A stretch of DNA of 16,076 nt, taken from assembly GCA_964016885.1 (NCBI GenBank), contig CAXHJY010000439.1, forward strand, positions 1 through 16,076, read 5' to 3'. Source of the DNA: Eledone cirrhosa (lineage: Eukaryota). Positions 1-8,119 of this stretch are shown in pieces. Each line of letters starts with the position of its first letter. Positions within the stretch are counted from its first letter, which is position 1. The notes under the pieces were generated by a model. It was not told the origin of the DNA. It saw only the letters and a list, made by a program, of their open reading frames with translations, and ran no database searches. The translations under genes were made by a program, and so were the position numbers.

Positions 1-70
1 CGTAAGGAAGAAACATTGTTAGCCAATAAAAACCTTTTGATGTTGTAGACGCTCTTGTGTTCTTTTTCAT
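1..70 (+). mobile_element. Probable 3' terminus of a Penelope-like element continuing upstream of the window
   Basis: GAAACATTGTT-AGCC resembles the 3' half of a hammerhead. It is followed by AATAAA (25-30) and ...TGTTGTA...CTCT...TTTTTCAT running into (TA)n, the same layout as the PLE end at 12398-12450. Confidence 0.4.
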
Positions 71-79
71 ATATATAGA

Positions 80-111
<32 letters not shown>

Positions 112-125
112 GAATATATATATAT

Positions 126-258
126 ACTCTTTTACTCTTTTACCTGTTTCAGCCATCCGGCTGAGGCCATGCTGGGGCACCGCCCTTGAAAGAAAAAGAC
201 GCATCACATTTATCACAAAACCTTTTGTCTAACGCGCTACCGTTTCTGCCATCAAACA

Positions 259-261
<3 letters not shown>
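126..261 (-). mobile_element. Internally deleted tRNA-derived SINE (head joined directly to tail)
   Basis: Minus strand has an A-box-like TGGCAGAAACGGTAG but no B box. The tail GGCGGTGCCCCAGCATGGCC-CAGCCGGATGGCTG-AAACAGGTAAAAGAGTAAAAGAGTA ends in a 7-nt tandem repeat and resembles octopus SINE tails as I recall them. Confidence 0.65.
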
Positions 262-336
<75 letters not shown>

Positions 337-457
337 GATATATTATATATATATTATATATATATATAATATATATATATATAATATATATATATATATA
401 TAATATATATATTATATATAATATATATATTATATATTATATATAATATATATATAT

Positions 458-502
<45 letters not shown>

Positions 503-526
503 ATATTATATAATATATATATATAT
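262..526. repeat. Imperfect (TA)n microsatellite
   Basis: Direct reading. Confidence 0.97.
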
Positions 527-710
527 AATTGTTTCTACTTTTGGCACAAGGCCAGCAATTATTCCAGTATATTACTGGTACTTTATTTTATCGACCCCGT
601 ATGGATGAAAGGTAAAGTTAACCTCGGCGGGATTTGAACTCAGATCGTAAAGGGACGTAACTATGCTGGAAAGCATGTCCGACACTCTACCGATACTGCC
701 AATTCACCGC

Positions 711-714
<4 letters not shown>
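527..714 (-). mobile_element. tRNA-derived SINE, copy 1 (full length)
   Basis: Minus strand has A box TGGCAGTATCGG, B box GAGTTCAAATCC and a central CCTTTCATCC..CGGGGTCGATAAAATAAAGTACCAG domain (Meta/MESC-like from recall). Four more close copies lie in the window. Confidence 0.9.
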
Positions 715-779
<65 letters not shown>

Positions 780-838
780 ATTATATATATATATATATTA
801 TATTATATATATATATATATATTATATATTATATATAA

Positions 839-870
<32 letters not shown>

Positions 871-912
871 TATATTATATATATATATTATATATTATAT
901 ATATATATATAA

Positions 913-950
<38 letters not shown>

Positions 951-1389
951 TATATAATATATATTATATATATAATATATATATATTATATATATTATAT
1001 ATATATATATATATATTATATATATTATATATATATATTATATATATATATATATATATTATATATATTATATAATATATATTATATATATATTATATAA
1101 TATATATTATATATATATTATATAATATATATTATATATATATATATATAATATATATTATATATATATATATATAATATATATTATATATATATATATA
1201 TATTTATTTATATATATATATATATTATATATATATAATATATATATATTTATTTATATATATATTTATATAATATATATTATATATATATATATATATT
1301 TATATAATATATATTATATATATATATATTTATTTATATATATATATATTATATATATATATATTTATTTATATATATATATATATAAT

Positions 1390-1464
<75 letters not shown>

Positions 1465-1541
1465 ATATATAGAATATATATATATAGAATATATATATAT
1501 AGAATATATATATATAGAATATATATATTTATATATATATA
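715..1541. repeat. Imperfect (TA)n microsatellite
   Basis: Direct reading; source of spurious YIYI ORFs. Confidence 0.97.
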
Positions 1542-1955
1542 TATTCTCGTGTAGCACCCATCCACCATCTGAGTGAGTTCCTTGGTCAGTGTCCAAGTCT
1601 CAGACCCATACAGCAGCACAGACTCCACTACAGCAATGAGGATGGCTCTGAACATTAATCAGTATACACTGAGGAAGGAAAACTCAGAGCTGTATGGGAG
1701 CATCCCAAATGTCAGCTCAAAAGTGACACAGAGGAGACTGAGGTTAGCTGGACATGCTCACCGACATCCATATTGCACTAAGTGCTCCTTTGGGAGCCCC
1801 TACATGGACACACTAGAAGAGGAAGACCAAGGTTAACGTATGTTGATGCCCTAAGGACAGACACTGGTCTGTTGGAGATGCAGGACATGGCAGCGATAAT
1901 GAGGGACAGAGACCTCTGGAGAGAACTCGTCCATGGATCTCGGGAACTTTTCCCG
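1542..1955 (+). mobile_element. RTE-clade LINE 3' fragment with inverted 5' segment (1542-~1636 on minus, ~1636-1955 on plus)
   Basis: Minus strand reads AVVESVLLYGSETWTLTK...DGCYTRI. Plus strand reads RMALNI...RRLRLAGH, then a frameshift near 1770, then LLWEP..RRGRPRLTYVD...DRDLWR. All are typical RTE ORF C-terminal motifs. Confidence 0.88.
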
Positions 1956-2092
1956 CTTTATTTTATCGACCCCGTAAGGATGAAAGGCAAAGTCAACCTC
2001 GGCGGGATTTGAACTCAGATCGTAAAGGGACGTAACTATGCTGGAAAGCATGGCGTCCGACTCTCTACCGATACTGCCAATCCACCGCCCTT
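1956..2092 (-). mobile_element. tRNA-derived SINE, copy 2 (3' tail missing, abuts the RTE fragment)
   Basis: Near-identical to 581-714 but lacks the ~55 bp tail seen in the other copies. Confidence 0.9.
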
Positions 2093-2150
2093 ATATATAT
2101 ATATATAATATATATATATATATATAACATATATATATCTATATATATAT

Positions 2151-4265
2151 CTTGGAAGTGTCACTACGAAAGGCTACTAAATGAGGAGAATAAATGGGAG
2201 AAAGACAGTCTACCCCACATCGACCCAATAGAGGGACCAGCAGTGTAAGTCGAAGGTAGTATAATAAGTAAGGCAGTCAAAGATATGAAGACGGGTAAGG
2301 TGGCTGGGCCTTCGGAAATAGTTGCTGAGATGCTGAAAGCCTCTGGAACGGTGGGACACACCATGTTCACCCGGATAGTAAACCAAGTCATACAGAATGG
2401 GGTTGTTCTGAAGGACTGGCGTAGCAGCATCATCATTAACTGCTACAAGGGTAAAGGAGACGCCCTAGATAGGAGTAACTATAGAGGCATTAAATTAATC
2501 GACCAGGTCATGAAGGTCACGGAAAAAGTAATAGCGCAACTAATCAGAGAGAATCGATCTAGATGAAATGCAGTTCGGGTTTGGCAAAGTACCACAGACG
2601 CTCTTATCATTGTACGACAACTACGGGAGAAGTACCTAGCTAAAAGTAAACCCCTATACTTAGCTTTCGTCGACTTGGCGAAAGCCTTCGACAGAGTCCC
2701 CCGTTCCATTATCTGGTGGTCTCTTAGAAAACTAGGTGTTGATGAATGGCTTGTGAGAGCTATACAAGCCATGTATAAAGAAACAGTCAGCAAGGTTAGA
2801 ATTAACAACGAATATAGTGAAGTGTTTAGCGTAAAAGTTGGTGTTCATCTGGGCTCTGTTCTTAGCCCCCTACTATTTATTATTGCCCTTCAGGCTGTAA
2901 CAGTGGAGTTCAAGACCAGCTGCCCATGGGAACTCCTATACGCAGATGATCTAACGCTCATAGCTGAATCAATGGCCGAGCTAGAGAAGAAATTCCAAAC
3001 ATGGAAGCACGGCCTAGAATCAAAAGGCCTTAAAATTAACCTGGCTAAGACTAAAGTTCTAGTTTGTAGGAAAGAAAATAAGGCGTCGGTCCCTTCCGGG
3101 AAATGGCCATGCTCAGTGTGTAGGAAAGGCGTAGGTAGAAACTCCATTTTATGTCCAAAATGCAAAGTATGGGTGCATAAAAGATGTAATGGGATCATAG
3201 GTAAGCTAACTAAGAACATAGATTTTACATGTGGCCGGTGCTCTGGTGCAATAAGTAGCAGGCAAGTGCCTACAAATACTAGCTCTTTCAATTGCGCAGA
3301 GGGTTCTATAGAAATAGTGGACAGCTTCCGTTACCTGGGTGACAAAATCAGCAGTGGGGGAGGGTGCTCTGAAAGTACAGTAGCTAGAGTCAGAACTGGA
3401 TGGAAAAAGTTCAGAGAGCTTATACCACTATTAGCCGCTAAAGGGTTCTCCCTAAAAATGAAAGGCAGGCTGTATGATGCCTGCATACGAACAGCAATGT
3501 TGCATGGCAGTGAGACCTGGGTATTGTGCGCAGAGGATATACGTAGACAAGAGAGGAACGAAGCTTGCATGCTCCGCCGGATGTGTAATAGTAATATACG
3601 CGAACGGCAAAGCATAAACGAACTAAGGGAAAAATTAGAAATAAGAGGGATCAGATGTTGTTTACTCGAGAGAAGGCTACGTTGGTATGGTCACGTAATG
3701 CGCATGAAAGACGACAGCTGTATAAAAAATGCAGGGCAATAAAGATAGACGGTAGCCACGGAGGAGGCAGACCCAGAAAAACCTGGGACGACCCGATAAA
3801 CTCCGACCTCACACACTTACACCTCTCCAAGACAATGTCACTGGACCGAGATCTTTGGCGGCACTCAGTAATAGAGAAGACCCGCCTTACCTAAATACAA
3901 ACTAAAACCTACTACAGTCAGTAGGTATCTCTAACAAAATACACCCCACCCCATCCACACCGCCCCTTTCAATGTAAAGTTATGTTGGTGCCACAACATC
4001 CAGGCCGAAACAAATGAGATCGTGTAGGTGTCACGACAAAAAAAACACACAGTCCACGCTGTAATGTGGCCGTGTAGGCAACACGGTAAAAACCTCCCAG
4101 TCCCACACTGTAAATGTGGTTGGTGTTAGGAAGGGCATCCAGCTGTAGAAAACCCGCCAGACAGTCCTATGCGAGCAAGACAACCACTCTTGCCTCAAGT
4201 GGGAAAACTCCCGTCCAAACCCATGCAAGCGTGGAACATGGGCGTTAAACGATGATGATGATGAT
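2151..4265 (+). mobile_element. 5'-truncated RTE-clade non-LTR retrotransposon with 3' UTR and (GAT)n tail
   Basis: Degenerate RT ORF at 2153-3894, 3' UTR at 3895-4250 and a (GAT)5 tail at 4251-4265. Flanked by (TA)n on both sides. Confidence 0.93.
2153..3894 (+). pseudogene. Disrupted RTE reverse transcriptase ORF with embedded PHD-type zinc finger
   Basis: Motifs KGKGD..NYRGIKL, MQFGF, FVDLAKAFDRVP, GVHLGSVLSPLLF, YADD (2939-2950), FRYLG, HGSETW, RLRWYGHV and GRPRKTW. In-frame stop at 2246-2248; frameshifts or deletions near 2552-2590 and ~3730. Confidence 0.92.
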
Positions 4266-4350
4266 ATAATATATATATATATATATATAATATATATAAT
4301 ATATATATATATAATATATATATATAATATATATATAATATATATATATA

Positions 4351-4382
<32 letters not shown>

Positions 4383-4446
4383 ATATATATATATAATATA
4401 TATATAATATCTATATAATATATAAATATATAATATATATATATAT

Positions 4447-4624
4447 AATTGTTTCTACTTTAGGCACAAGGCCAGCAATTACCCAATGCATTACTGGTAC
4501 TTTATTTTATCGACCCCGTAAGGATGAAAGGCAAAGTCAACCTCGGCAGGATTTGAACTCAGATCGTAAAGGGACGTAACTATGCTGGAAAGCATGGCGC
4601 CCGACCCTCTACCGATACTGCCAA
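4447..4624 (-). mobile_element. tRNA-derived SINE, copy 3 (lacks first ~12 nt)
   Basis: High identity to 527-702. Confidence 0.9.
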
Positions 4625-4817
4625 TATATATAATATATATAATATATATATATAATATATATATATATAATATATATATATATATATAAATGTAGGAGGT
4701 GAGTTTTATTGTAGTACAATAAAGCAATGCAGATATCGGATAAGAAGCACTCTACAGTTTGTAGGACTGGAGTATAAATAATATATAAGATCAAAAGATG
4801 GTTAAAAGGGTTCCATG

Positions 4818-4888
4818 TATTTTATTATGCGCATTTCAAAAACAAATATCATCATACAATAACATTTGCGTTTTCGTCAGATAAAATA
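4818..4888 (-). ncRNA. Type I hammerhead ribozyme
   Basis: UAUUUUAU-CUGACGA-[16-bp stem II with 1 mismatch, GUAU loop]-GAAA-UGCGCA-UA^AUAAAAUA. Stem I is 8 bp and stem III is the palindrome AUGCGCAU. Predicted cleavage between 4826 and 4825. Confidence 0.88.
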
Positions 4889-5252
4889 GGGAGACATGAT
4901 ATGAGGGTTAAAACACACTTGTGAATAGTGCAGTTTTAAATCAACATATGAAAAGTAGTTTTAGATTGATGTGTGATATTGGGAAAAAAAATGTTGAGGT
5001 GGGGGGGAGGTTGGAAAGGATGAAAAAGAGGAGGAGATGAGAGTAAAAAGTGGAGGGGGAGGAGTATAATGAGGAAGAATGAGATAGGAGGAGAGATGGG
5101 TGATATACAGAGAGAGATAGCTTTTATAACTGAGAAAAAATATATTGTTTTACATAGAGAGGTTGAAAAACCGTTGGAAGATAATATATAAATTAAAAGA
5201 ATTTGAAAATGAACGAAGAGAAAAATAATGTTAAGTTCAGGTTTGTATATTG

Positions 5253-5362
5253 AAGGGTTTAATAATATGTGCGATGAAAAGAAATTGTTAATATGTATTA
5301 AGAATAATATTTAAAGGTTTTTAATAATATGTGCGTTGGAAAGAAATTGTTGATATGTATTA
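5253..5362 (+). repeat. Two imperfect ~50 bp direct repeats, period ~62 bp
   Basis: AAGGGTTTAATAATATGTGCGATGAAAAGAAATTGTTAATATGTATTA versus AAGGTTTTTAATAATATGTGCGTTGGAAAGAAATTGTTGATATGTATTA. Confidence 0.85.
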
Positions 5363-5405
5363 TTAAAAAAATATAAAAATATAGCAATAGTAATGTAAGT
5401 AAGGA

Positions 5406-5479
5406 TTTATATATATATATGTATTATATATTATATATATATTATATATATATATATATGTATTATATATATATATATG

Positions 5480-5550
<71 letters not shown>

Positions 5551-5633
5551 TATATATATATATATATATATGTATTATATATATATATATATGTATTATA
5601 TATGTATTATATATTATATATATATTATATATA

Positions 5634-5671
<38 letters not shown>

Positions 5672-5710
5672 TATATATATATATTATATATTATATATAT
5701 ATATATATAA
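5406..5710. repeat. (TA)n array with recurrent TATGTATTA interruptions
   Basis: Direct reading. Confidence 0.95.
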
Positions 5711-6122
5711 AAACAAATAACGAAACGAAATTAAATTTCGTTTCGTTTGTAACTCACTTTTGTATGACTGACGCTTAAACAATTAAGTTAAAAATGAACA
5801 TCCACATATGTATACTGAAATACTAGTATGCATATGAATACACACACGTATACATATGTAGATGTACCGAGTTTTTCACTGGTCACTTTACTGTGAGTGT
5901 CCAGCTATTCTGTATGTAAACACACAGACAAACCGGTTTTTAGAGTCATACTGGTTTTTGAGGAAACACCTTTCCTCTATTCTCCAGAAATCCAGACAAG
6001 GAATATTGAACTAGTTTCGATGTTGTTACATCTCATCAGCAATATTTACCTATCTTCCGGCCTTTCTAGAGAATCGTAAAAGCACATATCGTTATATGCT
6101 TTTTCTATGATTTAACTTAATT

Positions 6123-6126
<4 letters not shown>
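5711..6126 (-). mobile_element. ~415 bp non-coding hammerhead-bearing element (PLE terminus or retrozyme-like)
   Basis: Island between TA arrays containing a canonical HHR (6046-6002) and a terminal 14-bp-arm palindrome. Confidence 0.6.
6002..6046 (-). ncRNA. Minimal type I hammerhead ribozyme
   Basis: AAUAUUG-CUGAUGA-GAUGU(AACA)ACAUC-GAAA-CUAG-UU^CAAUAUU. Perfect 7-bp stem I, 5-bp stem II and palindromic stem III ACUAGU. Predicted cleavage between 6009 and 6008. Confidence 0.92.

Positions 6127-6210
<84 letters not shown>
6127..6210. repeat. Perfect compound microsatellite (TA)n(GA)n
   Basis: Direct reading. Confidence 0.97.
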
Positions 6211-6216
<6 letters not shown>

Positions 6217-6268
6217 AGATGAAATCGAAAATGCAACTGGAGTCTTATTTTTTTTTTAAATATATATA

Positions 6269-6394
6269 TTTATTTGGTTCCTTTACCGGTTTCGCAGTTC
6301 TTCTGCTTTTCAAAAGGTGAGTTGAGATGGAGGGTCTGTGGTTTTTCTTTGGAAAAGCAGAAGAACTGCGAAACCGGTAAAGGAACCAAATAAA
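6269..6394. mobile_element. 126-bp fold-back mini-element with 43-bp perfect inverted repeats
   Basis: 6269-6311 is the exact reverse complement of 6352-6394. After one mismatch 4 more bp pair, leaving a 30-nt spacer. TA repeats flank both sides. Confidence 0.85.
6280..6317 (-). ncRNA. Minimal type I hammerhead ribozyme, U3-A8 core variant
   Basis: CCUU-UUGAAAA-GCAG(AAGAA)CUGC-GAAA-CCGG-UA^AAGG followed by AAUAAA. Stem III is the palindrome ACCGGU. Confidence 0.75.
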
Positions 6395-6403
6395 TATATA
6401 TAT

Positions 6404-6448
<45 letters not shown>

Positions 6449-6711
6449 TATATATATACATATGTATTATATATATATACATATGTATTATATATATACA
6501 TATGTATTATATATATACATATGTATTAAATATATACATATGTATTATATATATACATATATATTATATATATACATATATACTATATATATATATATAT
6601 ATTATGTATATACATATATATTATATATATATTATATATATACATATATATTATATATATATATATATTATATATATATATAAATATTATATATATTATA
6701 TAACGAAGGAA
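6395..6711. repeat. (TA)n array with CATATG interruptions
   Basis: Direct reading. Confidence 0.95.
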
Positions 6712-6794
6712 ATGTGGTAAGGAACCAGGTGGACCATAACGCACCAAAGTACTCAATACTTAGGGTAGTAGAGTGGGTAATAGGAACGCGTAAG

Positions 6795-6888
6795 ACCTCG
6801 ACGGCTGAGCTCAAGCCGTTTCGACGGCTAATTCTTGACTAAATGAAAATTTATCCTGGTATTTGAATAGCCGAGCTTCTCAAGGGGT
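6795..6888 (-). ncRNA. Type I hammerhead ribozyme, U3-A8 core variant
   Basis: ACCCC-UUGAGAA-G(CU)CGGCUAUUC...GAAUUAGCCG(U)C-GAAA-CGGCU(UGAGCUC)AGCCG-UC^GAGGU. Stem III is 6 bp, the cleavage triplet is GUC, and stem I has 4 of 5 pairs. Confidence 0.72.
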
Positions 6889-7392
6889 AATTCCATATAT
6901 GGTCAAAGTGTTTGTCACAAAGTCAAAGTTTGTAGTTGAGACATAATAATTCTATGATGGCAAATTAGTGGGGGGAAGGGGTATCTAAACCTGCCAGTAG
7001 GAGAAAGAGGGAGAGGGGTGGAGTAGACCCATTCATGCGTTGGTAGTGCCGGCTACAGCTGGGCGTGAGGTCAAAGAAGATGCTAGGGTGGGGGAGGGGG
7101 AGGAAGTCGAAACAGTAGGTAGAACAATGAAGGGTAAAAATATAAAGAAAATACTGAGTGTTAAAAAGCGAATAAATGTAAAAAAAAACAACAATTTCTG
7201 GTTACTACGACCTAAGTCTATCGCTATTGCTAGGCTAAATAAATAAATAAGTAAATAAATAAATAAATATAAACTATGTGGGACGGAATAAAAAAGAGAC
7301 CCTTTTAAGAGGTATAAGTACGTATATCATACGGTGACGGGTCAACAAAGGAGGGGCCAAAATACTAAAGAAGCTACCACGAAATAATTAAT

Positions 7393-7455
7393 AATAGTTT
7401 CTACCCCATGCACAAGGCCAGCAACCACCCAGTGCAAAAAAGTAAACTAGTACGA
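7393..7455 (-). mobile_element. Highly diverged relic of the SINE 3' tail
   Basis: AATAGTTTCTACCCCATGCACAAGGCCAGCAACCACCCAGTGC...ACTAGTAC aligns with AATTGTTTCTACTTTAGGCACAAGGCCAGCAATTACCCAATGC..ACTGGTAC. Confidence 0.7.
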
Positions 7456-7991
7456 AAAAATAATTCAGAGTCCCGAAAAAGAATACTAATACTAACTCTA
7501 AGGGTACCGCCAAGATACAAAAGTTCTTATACAAGCTACATGAAAGTTCGTACGAAGTAAAAGTAAAATACGGAAAATTAATTCAGACGAGAAATTAAAG
7601 CAAAGATGCCACTGAGAAATATAGAGGGCACGGAAAAAAGATGCAGCGGTCGGATAAGGAGGGCAAGTATCCGGGGTCTAACACATCTGCTATAAAAAGC
7701 AGAGTCGGCCAAATCTATCATAGAATAGGGGAAGGGGGTGGGGGTACTGAGGCTACAAAGGACCGAGTGACTGCTTCGGGTGGGCGAGAAAAAGACGACG
7801 ATAAAGGAAAAGAACTGGGGTGGACTAGGGAGGGATGGGGGAAGAAGGAAATATAGAGGAAGCGATAAAAAAATATAAAAGAAGATCTTACGTCTCCCTT
7901 AGCAAGCAGGGGTTACCCAATACAAAATCGGCAAGTGGGGTGTTATAGCCCTAGTCTACCTCCCAGGGTCATTATGGGGTTTGAGGGCGAG

Positions 7992-8048
7992 GTAAGTCCT
8001 ACGTAATCTGTGTTTACATGCAGTAACCAGTTCATCTTTCTTGTTTAG
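7992..8048 (+). other. Candidate 57-nt spliceosomal intron in the PLE 5' leader
   Basis: GAG|GTAAGT donor, a GTAAC branch-like motif at ~8023-8027 and a TTCATCTTTCTTGTTTAG| acceptor, 71 nt before the ATG at 8120. Confidence 0.45.
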
Positions 8049-8119
8049 GAATTGGTCCGTCGAAAACAGCATTTGTAAATGTTGTAAATGCTTTCTCATC
8101 CCTCCCCCTTCTTTCACCC

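Larger units (their letters stand above)
4691..5405 (-). mobile_element. Non-coding hammerhead-bearing element, probably a 5'-truncated PLE terminus or retrozyme-like element
   Basis: Minus strand reads a pyrimidine-rich tract, the HHR at 4888-4818, then AATAAA ~20 nt before the (TA)n junction. Bounded by TA arrays. Confidence 0.6.

Noticed and set aside
527-714. tRNA gene or CRISPR-like repeat array
   Set aside because: It has A/B boxes but no cloverleaf. The copies are ~190 bp and irregularly dispersed, with no spacers or cas genes, so it is a SINE.
2164-3615. Minus-strand ORFs over the RTE
   Set aside because: Shadow frames of the RT ORF with no recognisable motifs.
5225-5260. Minus-strand YKPELN resembling a GIY-YIG C-terminus
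   Set aside because: Only six residues with no supporting upstream motifs; may be chance.
5925-5990. Second hammerhead-like motif on the minus strand (CUGGAGA...AAAACCGGUU)
   Set aside because: Two core substitutions and no stem I; at most a decayed relic.
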